A stretch of DNA of 63,654 nt, filler included, from Stramenopiles sp. TOSAG23-2 (GCA_900128395.1; 22 parts of 22 records of this genome joined end to end with filler, not necessarily neighbours in it); one strand, 5' to 3'. Shown: positions 12,604 to 24,305, numbered from the whole stretch's first letter. Program-made: numbers and translations. Notes: generated by a model not told the origin, from the letters alone.

Positions 12604-12722
12604 TGATAATTCCTACTCTTCAAAAGAATACAATTAACTGAAATAAATCTAAAATCTCACACTTTGATAAAATTCATACTCTTCAAAAGAATACAATAAC
12701 CTGAAATTATCTATCTCACACT
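12604..12722. repeat. Imperfect direct tandem repeat, two copies of about 60 bp
   Basis: TACTCTTCAAAAGAATACAAT...TCTCACACT occurs twice with small indels. Confidence 0.8.
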
Positions 12723-13086
12723 CTAGTGTGTTGATATTCCCCCATATAATAGAGAATACCAAGATGAAGGTAAAATAGATGGGTATCAACTACCCATTTA
12801 TAATATACGAGTATATATTTATATTAAAAAATATTACGACGAATTCGTATTTTTTACTAAAAAATTCTTGTGACAATTATTTTTTTTAATATGCATAGAG
12901 TGTCGTCCCTCTAAAAAAAAATATAAAAAAAAGAGTGTGTGCCGGAAAACTATGATAATGTCTCAAAGCGCATCGCTACACGCGCATTCACACACGCATC
13001 ACAAGAAATGTTTGGATAAATATCTGATGAAGCTATATATATACGACGATACCATACATATATTTTTTTTCCACAAATTTGTTTTT

Positions 13087-14499
13087 TTACATTTTAATTC
13101 GATTTTCCTTCATACCTTTTTGTACTTCACCATCATCAAATTTGATATCATAAACAACTTTATCTTTTTTCATGTATACTTTGATAACTTCCCCATCATA
13201 AAAAGATGACCATCCGATTGCCTTACCTTTCACTTTTTGACCAGTCTTGTATTTACTGGCAATTTCCTGTTTTGCACTATTCTTTCCAGAGATTGGATTA
13301 CCCGCATCATCTAATAACAATTCTTCATTGGTCAATGTTTGAAATACCCCCTCTGCAAAAATACAACTGAAAGCGCATATACCCCAGGCTAAAAAAGGAG
13401 CATTTCCATTACGTTGTTTTGACCATGCATAGACATTTCCAATTATAATCGGTGCAATTATGTTTATAAACGCCCTGAAATTCATTAACGCCCCAGACAC
13501 ATATCCTCTACCAAATCCACTATCTTCACCTAAATTTACAACAATATTTTCAACTGCATCTCTTTTTCTTCCGCCAGGTACAAGGCATGCAACTGCAAGT
13601 AACATGGTAAAATCCATTGGTACACCAAGGGTTTCATAAATTGTTTTCGCTCCACCCCATAATACATATGTCAATCCATTCATTAAATTTGATATTGTCG
13701 TATGTCCTTTGAGTCCAAATGTCTTCAAACTTTTCTTCACCATCATACCAGAGCCAATTAATGACAAGCCCATCAATGAATATTGCCTTGATATTTTTGC
13801 ATTGCTCCATCCGTAATCTTCATGTAATGTTAAATAGTTTACATCGCCAATGTTTTTAGGTTCTGCAACACTTTGAAGGCCAGCAACCATCATACTGCGT
13901 GATAGTGATTTTGATTTAGCCATAACATTGACAAATGTCCATGGCAATGCATCTTTTACATTAAAAGGCCTTCGTTCCTCCTCAGGCAACGTTTCTGGAA
14001 AACTACTTGCCATTAAATAAGAATTGTAAAACATCAGTAATGCACTCAATCCATATACGGCAGTGGTACCTCTAACTTCACCAAGAAAAGATGTAATAGC
14101 TGATGACACTAACGGACCAAATAATACAGCAACACCGGCACTTATACCAATTTGTGCATTTGCAGCAGCAAATCCTGACTTCTCTTTCACTCTAGCAGTC
14201 ATATCCGCTAACCCAGCTCGCCACACTGTAAAAAATCCAGTAGCAGTAGCTTGTTGAATACATTTTCCAATGGCATATGTGAATAAACTTGGATTTAAAA
14301 ATACGCATAAGCGCGCACAAGCAATGATAAATGGTGTGATTACCATTAATGTTCTACGACCAATTTGGTCGGATATTTTACCAATCAATGGCGTTGTAAA
14401 GAATTCAACTAAGGCTGACATAGTTGCATACCGTGATAAGTTTCTAACAGCATTAACAGGGCTTCCGCTTAAACGAGTAACTAAATTTGGCCCAACGTT
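13087..14499 (-). CDS. MFS transporter (TetA/MFSD14-like) with C-terminal Tudor-like domain, 5'-partial
   Basis: MFS motif A (GKISDQIGRR), multiple TM helices and FPETL. The C-terminus is KYKTGQKVKGKAIGWSSFYDGEV...VYDIKFDDGE. The frame is open to the contig edge. Confidence 0.88.
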   Translation of the reverse strand, partial: NVGPNLVTRLSGSPVNAVRNLSRYATMSALVEFFTTPLIGKISDQIGRRTLMVITPFIIACARLCVFLNPSLFTYAIGKCIQQATATGFFTVWRAGLADMTARVKEKSGFAAANAQIGISAGVAVLFGPLVSSAITSFLGEVRGTTAVYGLSALLMFYNSYLMASSFPETLPEEERRPFNVKDALPWTFVNVMAKSKSLSRSMMVAGLQSVAEPKNIGDVNYLTLHEDYGWSNAKISRQYSLMGLSLIGSGMMVKKSLKTFGLKGHTTISNLMNGLTYVLWGGAKTIYETLGVPMDFTMLLAVACLVPGGRKRDAVENIVVNLGEDSGFGRGYVSGALMNFRAFINIIAPIIIGNVYAWSKQRNGNAPFLAWGICAFSCIFAEGVFQTLTNEELLLDDAGNPISGKNSAKQEIASKYKTGQKVKGKAIGWSSFYDGEVIKVYMKKDKVVYDIKFDDGEVQKGMKENRIKM

Positions 14500-14599
14500 N
14501 NNNNNNNNNNNNNNNNNNNNNNNNNNNNNNNNNNNNNNNNNNNTTAATTAATTAANNNNNNNNNNNNNNNNNNNNNNNNNNNNNNNNNNNNNNNNNNNN

Positions 14600-16115
14600 T
14601 CTTAAATTATGTTATGAGCATCTTGCTTCTGGTTGGATGAGATATAATTATACAAATCAAAAAATAATTATTCCAAATATTGTAACGTTAGCTGCTGTTG
14701 AAGATGCAATACCATTGGAAGATAATCTCTTATCATTACTTGATATTGATCCGGTAAAAACCCCACCAGTTGTAGATTGTATGAAATTATTTCCCAATAT
14801 TCAAGCTGGTGATACTGAGATTGCACCACGTGAAGCTACTACTTATATTTTTTCTAAATATAAAAATGAAACAAATGGCATATCAAAAATGAATCCAGGT
14901 CTGGATGTACATGGTAAACATAAAATTAACCCTCCATTACTTGGAAGTGCTGATCTTGGGTTAGTTGATTACATTGTAAAAGAAAAATTATTTAATTTCT
15001 TTTTATCCCATGGATGTTTGCCATTTACAAAAGATTATTCATTAATGGAACATATAGCAACTACAAACCCATGGCCAAGACCTTTACGTGTATATGGATA
15101 TGATGATACTTTTAGCTTTGCTGGCGATTTATTTGAAGCAGAGACAGATTGTATCAAAGAACATAACATGGGGCAAATTGCTAGTAATGGTTGTAATAAT
15201 TTAGCATTTTATTCACGGCATGAAAAAATAGACCAAGTGTTAAAACAAAATCCAAACCCACCATCATATGATTTCCCATATAATAAATCGAAGACATATA
15301 TTACTTTTATAATTGGGGATGGCGATAATGTTAATTTTATAAAAGGGGAGCATTTTGATTGGATGCAACAACGTGTTGAGCAATGTAATAAAAACAATAA
15401 GGATGATAATAATAATAATAATTGCCTCCCGTTAACTTGGACACAATCGCCAGCAGTGTTGCATTTAGCTCCAGAATGGATGCAGTGGTATTATAATCAA
15501 TCGTATATAACACAAAATGAATGGTTTGTTTTGCCACCATCAGGTGATACATATTCATACCCGGGAGAAATGAAGACTGATGATCAAGATTCTTTTGTTA
15601 AATATACAGAGGCTGATGCTATCTTAATGAATACTAGTGGTACAGTTAGCTGGGAATTTTTTTTAACTTGGGGAAATGCTATTGATAATTTCTTTCCAAA
15701 ATTTGCAGAAAATGGCATTATTAAAGCATGTTTTGCCGTAAACGTCCCATTTATGTTACCTGTTTTGGAATTTAAAAAAGGTGAACATTATAAAATACTG
15801 AATAATAAAAAGTCGAAAGAAAAAAACAACGATGTTGTTGAAACAGTTATTCTTTTTGCACCTAGAGAATGGCGTGGTTATCGAAATTCATCCATTCCAT
15901 TTTCAAAACACGATACACTTAGTCCAAAAGCATTAGCAGATGAAATAAATAATTATCCTCCGGGTACAGTTACACACATTTATACAACTAGTGATGGTGG
16001 TTTTCATTTGAATCAATTAAATGAACTCAATACATATTTGGAAGAACATGTATCTGTTGTAAACCCAAATGAATTAGTGAAACGAGTGTATGAAAAAGAG
16101 AGTTTGGTGGTATGA
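14600..16115 (+). CDS. GxGYxYP-family putative glycoside hydrolase, 5'-partial
   Basis: YITFIIGDGDN, LPLTWT.SP, APEWMQWYY and PPSGDTYSYP (a GxGYxYP variant). The frame is open from the contig edge. Confidence 0.75.
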
Positions 16116-16268
16116 TAAAATAACAGCGTCACATATTTTAATTTATATAATATTATACGAAGAGTATTATATTTAATACTCGTATTATGATACTGAGATA
16201 ATTAAAAAATAGAAAAAAATAAAAAATTAAAATACGCGCGTAGACTCCATGATTCGTAAAATGTATTT

Positions 16269-16997
16269 TCACAAAAATAACTCTTCTACCACACCTTCAA
16301 ACTCTTGTCTCAATGCCTTTTTATCATTTTGAGATATTGAGTTATACCCTAGATTCAACCATTTTACAGGAGATTTTTTATTTTTTTTAATTCCCGTAAG
16401 TAATGCTCTTGCACCATCGTATCCAATATTATTTCTAGATAAAGTAATTTCTTCTAATACCGTATGATGAAGTAACGCATCTGCCAATGCTTCAGCACCA
16501 TCATTACCAATATTATTATTATTTGCATAAAATTGCGTTAAATGATTATCTGTTTTCAATCCTTTCGCAATAGATTTTGCACCTTCATCACCAATTTTGT
16601 TAAAGCTAACATTGACATAAACGGATGTATTAATTTTCAACGCTTCGCCAATTGCTATGGCACCTACGTCACAAAGGTCATAATCAACTACGTCCGGTGA
16701 AGTTCGTCCATGTTCAATTTTTTCTAAATTTTCTTTTCCTAATACATCTTGCATCCATTGATATTTAAATTCTTCGTATCGTTTGACGCTTAAATTATAA
16801 TAACGCTTGTTTAATAATCGATATTCTAAAATCTCTTTTCCACTTTTTACAGGTAAAAATTCTACAAGCAAATCGATAAGATCTTCATCATTGAGTACTT
16901 CCATAGGTATTGAGTTTGTATCAATTTCAGCATAAATATTACACTCTTCAAGACGAAGATGCTGCATATTATTTTTCATATATTTATTAATTCTCAT
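16269..16997 (-). CDS. F-box-like plus RI-type (NLRC3-like) LRR protein
   Basis: 28-aa LRRs (NKIGDEGAKSIAKGLKTDNHL, NNIGNDGAEALADAL). The N-terminal DLIDLLVEFL...RLLNKRYY resembles an F-box. Confidence 0.82.
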   Translation of the reverse strand: MRINKYMKNNMQHLRLEECNIYAEIDTNSIPMEVLNDEDLIDLLVEFLPVKSGKEILEYRLLNKRYYNLSVKRYEEFKYQWMQDVLGKENLEKIEHGRTSPDVVDYDLCDVGAIAIGEALKINTSVYVNVSFNKIGDEGAKSIAKGLKTDNHLTQFYANNNNIGNDGAEALADALLHHTVLEEITLSRNNIGYDGARALLTGIKKNKKSPVKWLNLGYNSISQNDKKALRQEFEGVVEELFL

Positions 16998-18162
16998 GGT
17001 AATATATTGTTGTTCTGTTGTGATTTTTATTAGTTATTCAATGATTTACGTATATATATATATATGTATATGATTCTTTGTTTCTATTAAAAAGACATAT
17101 ACAAAGATATATATATATACATATAGATAGATACTGTACAAATATTATAAAAGATACGATTATTATATAAAAACAACTGTGGCTGACCAAGCTAAAGCTG
17201 ACAAAAAAAAAGGCTGTCGATAAAATCTGTACTTGGTATAATACTGAATCTAGCGGCTAACAGGTATATATCTAGACGCTATATTAATATATCCGCTATA
17301 CGTATTAGCGTATTAGTATGTCGTCTGCACGTCTGTCTATACCGGTACATGATGCTATTTACTCGATAATCTTTCGCTGATAAAAGTGAGCACGATTTTT
17401 AAACCTTAAAATATNNNNNNNNNNNNNNNNNNNNNNNNNNNNNNNNNNNNNNNNNNNNTTAATTAATTAANNNNNNNNNNNNNNNNNNNNNNNNNNNNNN
17501 NNNNNNNNNNNNNNCCTATCATAAAGAACTCTTAGAGTAATATTTGGTATCAAAACTTTGTTTATTTCGATCAAAACTCCTAAAAATTAAATCTTAAGGC
17601 CTGTGTAGTGCTAATAGCTACTTTTTCTCCCAACCAGTCAATGCCCACTTGAAGTCCAACGTTCCAAAAAATGAATAAATAATAAATATAAATATATAGA
17701 TATACACAGAGAGAGATACATATACAACAGACATATAAGATATATAAGATATATAAATATATATAGATATATCAATCGTTTATTTTTTAAGAATATATTA
17801 AATCAATTCAATCACAAAAACAAATATTAAAATATAGAAAAGATTATAATGTCTCGTTCAAATAATGAACATGATAATAATAATCAAAATGCTTTAGGCA
17901 CTGTTTGAGATGGAACATGAGAAACTAACACGTGGTCATAATATGACCATTTTGACCAGTTGTCTTTTTTTGTTGCCATGATGTTGAAATGGAAATTTTG
18001 AAAATGGAAAATGAATATTCTAATAAAAATAAAAAATATATATTACGATGCAATGCAATGTTTATGAATAACTGTATTTATTGTATTTTATATTAATACT
18101 ATATTTGTTATATATATATATATATTTTAAATATATATATATATTATGTAAAAACATTTAAA

Positions 18163-18275
18163 ACACTATTGTGATTTTTTTTTAAAATAATAGCCTTTAT
18201 TCTTTATTATAATAGTAGAAAAAGGCTGTGAACTTATACGCATAAAGGCTATTTTAAAAAATCACTACATAGTGT
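18163..18275. repeat. Imperfect ~35-bp inverted repeat (small MITE-like foldback)
   Basis: ACACTATTGTGATTTTTTTTTAAAATAATAGCCTTTA (18163-18199) pairs with TAAAGGCTATTTTAAAAAATCACTACATAGTGT (18243-18275). Confidence 0.65.
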
Positions 18276-18360
18276 ATCGTTTTAAATTATGTTACTTGCT
18301 CCCCCATTTTTTGGAAGAGTTTTACACCTTTAAATCCTTAAGTGAAAACACCTCTTTTTC

Positions 18361-18601
18361 GTGTCGGTAACGTTACCGACATGTCGGTAACGCATGTCGG
18401 TAACTTTAAGGATGTCGCAAAATGAAATAGCATGAAATAGCATTGGTGTCGCAAAAGTTACCGACATGTCGCAAAGTTACCGACATGAGAATAGGTAGAG
18501 AATAGCATTAGCCATGTCGCAAAATTTTTTGTCATTTTGCGACATGGGCGATTTTATCATTTTGCGACATGGGCTTTACCGACATGTCGGTGCCAACCCT
18601 G
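18361..18601. mobile_element. Putative DNA-transposon end (hAT-like) with dense subterminal repeats
   Basis: More than 10 copies of TGTCGGTAAC/TTACCGACA and TGTCGCAAA/TTTGCGACA in both orientations. The block ends in TGCCAACCCTG, the reverse complement of CAGGGTTGGCA. No opposite end is visible. Confidence 0.5.
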
Positions 18602-18914
18602 GATAATGGGCATAATAATTAATATATATTTATATATACTACCAACTACAATATATCCCTATATAATATATGTTATTATGCCACATATAGCGATACTAAT
18701 ACACCACTATACTAATAGCACAATACGTCATAGCACCATATATATCCTTCATAAAACTTTATCATTCACATATATATAATTACAATACAAAAGAACCAAC
18801 AAGAGACAAATTTAATAGTACTAGATTTAACCACATCATCATTAAAACGTATTACCCTTTAAATCAAATCATACATATACATATACATTTGTTTTTCATC
18901 ACGAACAATTAATC

Positions 18915-19788
18915 ATGAACATCCCATCTGTCATAGCATTAGTTACTGGTGCTGCATCTGGTTTAGGACGTGCAACTGCTCAACGTTTATTAAAAAATGG
19001 TGCAAGTCATAGCATTAGTTACTGGTGCTGCATCTGGTTTAGGACGTGCAACTGCTCAACGTTTATTAAAAAATGGTGCAAAAGTAGTAGTAGTTGATTT
19101 ACCAAATGCACTTGAAGGCGAAGGATTAGAAGCATTAAAAGCAAATACACCAGAATATAATGATGATAATGTTATGTTTGCACCATGTGATGTCACAAGT
19201 GAAGATGATGTGAAAAATGCACTTGATAATGCAGAAGCAAAATTTGGTAGTAATGTTAACGTAGCAGTAAACTGTGCTGGTATTGCAATTGCAGCTAAAA
19301 CGGTTAGTAAAAAAGGTGCACATCCATTATCTAATTTTCAAAAAGTATTAGATGTTAATGTTGCTGGATCATTTAATATTATACGTTTAACTGCAGAAAG
19401 AATGTGTGCCTCTGAACCTGTAAATGATGATAATCACCGAGGTGTTATTGTCAATACAGCAAGTGTTGCTGCATATGATGGACAAATTGGACAAGCAGCA
19501 TATGCTGCATCAAAAGGTGCAATTGTTGGCATGACATTGCCAATTGCAAGGGATTTATCACCAAATGGTATACGTGTATGTTCCATTGCGCCTGGTTTAT
19601 TTTTGACACCGATGTTGGAAGGTTTGCCAGAGAAAGTACAAAACCATTTAGGTGCACAAGTACCATATCCAAATCGTTTAGGAAGACCTGATGATTATGC
19701 AAGATTAGTTCAAAATATTGTTGAAAATTCATATATGAATGGTGAAGTAATACGACTTGATGGTGCCATTCGTATGCCACCTGGTTAA
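18915..19788 (+). CDS. HSD17B10: 3-hydroxyacyl-CoA dehydrogenase type 2 (SDR), frameshifted by a 76-bp tandem duplication
   Basis: [46 protein letters not shown] and [12 protein letters not shown]. Bases 18930-19005 are repeated exactly at 19006-19081. Confidence 0.93.
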
Positions 19789-19972
19789 AAAAGAAGAAGG
19801 GGGGGGGGGAGATCGGATTGGTCTGAAATAAGAGTTATATATGATGCATGGATATGTTGGGTGAAGTAATACGACTTGATGGTGCCATTCGTATGCCACC
19901 TGGTTAAAAAAGAAAGAAGAACTGGAGATCGGGTTGGTCTGAAATAAGAGTTATATATGCATGGATATGTTG
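19741..19972 (+). repeat. Two diverged tandem copies of the HSD17B10 3' end and UTR
   Basis: 19741-19859 and 19860-19972 share an identical coding end but differ by UTR indels and SNPs. Confidence 0.9.
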
Positions 19973-20569
19973 TGTGTGAGAGATAGATTCGTACTAATAT
20001 CACAGAGAGTGAGAGATTATTTATTTTATAATTAAAACTAATTCATTTTCTAGAATATTTTTATTTATTCAAATATCATATTAATTATTAAGTGTTTGCA
20101 CAAAAATATTTTTAAACCCAAAAGACAAACCTTGTACTGTAAAAAACGTAAAACACACACACACGCACACGGTTTCCCATTAAGTAACCCACCATACCAT
20201 CCGATATATACACTAATTAATCAAAAAAATCATTCCCATCAACGAGATTACATATATGTTGGCCCCCCTTTTTATTTTTATAAGATTTATATAAACTGTA
20301 CAAAATAATAAAATGCAATTAGNNNNNNNNNNNNNNNNNNNNNNNNNNNNNNNNNNNNNNNNNNNNTTAATTAATTAANNNNNNNNNNNNNNNNNNNNNN
20401 NNNNNNNNNNNNNNNNNNNNNNTTTGCTTTATACAATGAGAGGAGACTATACAATGGAATGAAATGAGATAGTAATATCACCAGTGATGTGATGTGTATC
20501 TATCAATCATCTATTCCGATGAATATGTATCAAATATATATATATATATTGAGTTTTCCATTCATACAT

Positions 20570-21912
20570 TCATACATTATGTCTTCTATGCCAGTATGGT
20601 TGGTGATGTGAGTTGACAGATAAATATTGGGCTATAGCATAGGAATAGCATTCAGTCAAGGTGGTAGACCTAATTAGAACACCAAAAAATAAGGAATAAG
20701 GGGATGCCATTCTATTAGCTACTAAACATCGTTGTATTAAATCAAGTACATTATTCCATTGAAAATTACTACGATTATGGACAATTGCCTTTGCTGTTTG
20801 AAATAATGCCTCATAACGTTCACAATTTCCTTCAATAGGTGCTATTATTCTTGCTTGATAACAAAGACTTCTAACCATAAATACAGACTTTTCTATAATT
20901 AGAATGTAGCTGTAACAAAACAACTTGTACTGTTTTCTCTTCCAGCTAAAAGCATAATGTTGTGCAAAATTGCATGCTATTATAAATAAATTTTCTCTTA
21001 CTCCTACTTTATATCTCTGTTTTATTTATAGGTTTGTTGATTCTTACAAATATTGTATTTAATTCTGCCCGGTTGTAACTTGGATATCTTCTTTTTGCAC
21101 CCTTCTGAAATACATCAAGACCAGTTTTGCATTTATAACGGTAACCAATTGTCTCCCAAGTGAACCAATTTGAATTGCTCTTCAACAATGTAGTAGCTGG
21201 ATACAATTTCTGGCACTCCAAGGTTGTACAATAGATATTGTTTTTTGTATCCAATACATCTGATCCAACTGCCACTTCCTGATGCACTTCCACACTATAT
21301 TTTTTTTTGTCAGTACACTGTACCCACTTTTCAAACTTGTTTTCATCAAATTCAACAAAATATTTTCTTTTCTCCAACAATAATCAATTTTCAACTCCCA
21401 ATTGCAATATCAAAACATTATTTCTAATGTATGAAAATTTTGGTATTATTGCTGCCATCTCTTGTGGTGTCTCCCCAACTCAATATATTACACCTTTACA
21501 AGAAAATTTCCAATCCAATGGTAAATCATTTGGACAACCTTTTATTGATGTACAATATAACAGAAAAAGAGTGGTACACAAAGAAAATAAACAACACCAT
21601 GGTGAGACATTTGGGTCAATCTAAACCTAGAGATGCAACACAAACTGCACAAATTCCACAGAAATTACGATTTAATATCTCCTGGATTGCCAGATGAAAA
21701 ATTGCATGCAAAATGCATCTTGCACGAAAACCCATAGCTAATTTGTCTTCAATTGGTACACAAATACCTGCCTCTGGATACACCATATATGTATTTACTT
21801 TAAATTTTGATTTATTTTTAAATATTAGCTTTCCATTATCCTTATTTTTCTTGCAATATTCTTTTATATCCTCAACTATGTTTCTTGATAAAATATCTAT
21901 TTTTTCATACTG
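20570..21912 (-). pseudogene. Decayed unknown Cys-rich gene or genes with in-frame stops and frameshifts
   Basis: A protein-like frame (QYEKIDILSRN...CGICAVC / ...KGVIY*VGETPQ...GVEN*LLLEKRKYF...) is interrupted by TGA at 21480-21482 and 21384-21386 and by frameshifts near 21616 and 21000. Confidence 0.55.
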
Positions 21913-23328
21913 CTAGGCGTGTCATTATAATTTATATTGGATACTATATGGAAGAGCCAAAATTGCTGAAAGAAAATTAACAATGAAGGCTGTTGGAAGT
22001 TGGGATGATTATAGCAAAATAAAATCCTGGAAAAAAAATAAACAACTACTTCACTAGAACAAATAAAAACAGATGACTTGTGACTGTGGGATACTGCAAG
22101 AGCATCAATGGCCATGTTTTCTTTTTGATTTTAATACCACTTTTAATGCAAGCCATGATTCAGCTGTTGAAACTTTGACATAGCTATTATATTTGCGAAT
22201 GTTATTTAATCTTTTTTGTAGTTTTTTCTCTTCCTCTGGCAAATCTTCATTCTTAATTTCTTCCTCATGTATTTTAATGCAAGCACATGTATTTCATTAT
22301 AAAAAAATTTAAGTTGAACCCATTTGAATATTTTCATGAAAAATGGACAATGGTCCATTATAACAAAATGGTGGAAGCTATGAAACCATTGGTATGCTTA
22401 GATCTTGATTTAATTGTTAACAAAATACAAGAGTTATATTGGGCCACAACCCCCAGTAATTAATCAAAATGGAAAGATGATAAAATTAAATATAAGAAAA
22501 GCGGTACAAGAAATACATTTAAAATGAAACAAGGTAAATACAAAGTAACACCTTTTATTGTTTTTATGAACAAGATTTATACCACCATACAAGTGAAGTA
22601 TACAAATATAAGAGTAAGGAAAGAAAAAATCAAGCAAGAGAATCAAAACTTTAGTTGTTTGGGGAACAAACGAAAACACTCCACTCATGTTTCAAGGAAG
22701 AAAACTTTTGACACTGATGGAACAACAGAATGGAAACCTGAAGGTTTCATTCAAATGTTAAAAGAAAATGGTCTTTACACTCTCGCGTCTCATCCTTGTG
22801 CTATCCCCATGCTATGCGTCTCCAATGCTATTTATACTTTATACAACATTTACCTTAATTTTTAGATTGTGGACAAAGATCAAAGATCAAACAAACAAAC
22901 ATAAATATGAACAACACAAAAATGTGGGGAAAAATTTAAACAAAGACAACAAAAGCATACTGGCATACTGCGTACAAGGTTTAAAAAAATTCTCTTTGTT
23001 TTTTTTAACGTAAATTTAAAATATAAAATATCCTACATGATGCATCTTCAATCTCTCTCCCAGATCTACTTTCAACATTTTCCACTTTAACTAGCTCTCT
23101 AAATTGCTTTTTTTTTTTTTTTTAGTTTTTTTTTGTATTTTTTTCACCTCTTATTAATATCATACACCTATATTATTATTGATTTGAAAATTCAAACGGG
23201 TTCGGTTGACTACCACTAGCTAATATATNNNNNNNNNNNNNNNNNNNNNNNNNNNNNNNNNNNNNNNNNNNNTTAATTAATTAANNNNNNNNNNNNNNNN
23301 NNNNNNNNNNNNNNNNNNNNNNNNNNNN

Positions 23329-23880
23329 TTTGCTGTTTTTATGTTTGCCATATATACTTTGTTATCTGTAAGTCATGATAATGATAATGGTAGTAAAAAT
23401 GATGGTAAAGTGGAGAATAGCACTACCACCATCACCACCACCACTAGCACTACTACTAATACTATCACCCCAGCCACCACCACGACTACAAACAATGATG
23501 ATCATAAAATGCTATCAAAAGCGTTTGAGTTATTCCAGAAATATGGTAGTTTGAAACGGCAAGTAGTTTTACAAAATGCAGATAATGATAATCATGTTGT
23601 GCAGGAAGTGTGGTATAATATTGGATGCGCATATCATGAGATTGGATTGTTAAACATGGCAATTCCATCTTACATACATGCTATAATTGGTAGCAAAAGT
23701 AAGAAAGAAGTGACTACAACTGAATTGTTGAAATATTTAAATAAATTGAAGAAGAAGAAAGCTAAAGAAAACATTAACATAACACGCCAAGCAGCTTTGA
23801 ATTTGAATCAAATCTTATTATTGCAAAATAAAGAGATAAAATTGATCAATAAATTACGACGAACTTTTTTAACATTTTGA
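23329..23880 (+). CDS. GTF3C3: TFIIIC subunit 3 (Tfc4) C-terminal TPR region, 5'-partial
   Basis: AFELFQKY, QEVWYNIGCAYHEIGLLNMAIPSY, RQAALNLNQI and the terminal LRRTFLTF match the conserved GTF3C3 tail. Confidence 0.75.
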   Translation, partial: FAVFMFAIYTLLSVSHDNDNGSKNDGKVENSTTTITTTTSTTTNTITPATTTTTNNDDHKMLSKAFELFQKYGSLKRQVVLQNADNDNHVVQEVWYNIGCAYHEIGLLNMAIPSYIHAIIGSKSKKEVTTTELLKYLNKLKKKKAKENINITRQAALNLNQILLLQNKEIKLINKLRRTFLTF

Positions 23881-23974
23881 TTCTGCATTATTGATTAGCT
23901 ACATATGGAGTAAGACACATTTTGTTCACGTTCGTCACATAAATAACAACAACAACAACTATAACTGAAGTTAC

Positions 23975-24305
23975 ACACTATTATTCCTCATCCGCAAATA
24001 TACATTTCTATCACCAGAAGATTTATCAATATTGTTTCCAGGGAAAAAACTTCGTTTAAAAAAAGCAGTTGCATATATTCCTGAATTCATTGCAAAATAT
24101 ACTGTTTTCGCAGCAAAAGAAACAGTGACTATTCGAAATGTTGAAACTGGAGATGAGATAAGACATTTAAGAGTGTTAAAGTCCAGTACGTAAACGTACT
24201 CAAATTGAACTTGAAGCACCTGCACGTATCACCATGGATAGAATAGGAATAATAAACTTTTATTATGGTGCATATGTTGGCAACTGTGATATTCACCTGT
24301 ATTAA
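23975..24305 (+). pseudogene. Start-less, frameshifted gene relic
   Basis: Protein-like frame TLLFLIRKYTFLSPEDLSILFPGKK...ETGDEIRHL, then a shifted frame SPVRKRTQIELEAPARITMDR. No ATG. Confidence 0.3.

Noticed and set aside
21384..21618. Stop-codon reassignment (TGA read as sense)
   Set aside because: Intact genes elsewhere end in TGA, TAA and TAG and lack internal stops. This contig also has frameshifts, which favours decay.
22524..23013. Spliced gene with an intron at 22771-22865
   Set aside because: The donor is weak (GTCTTT) and splicing does not join the two ORF frames convincingly.
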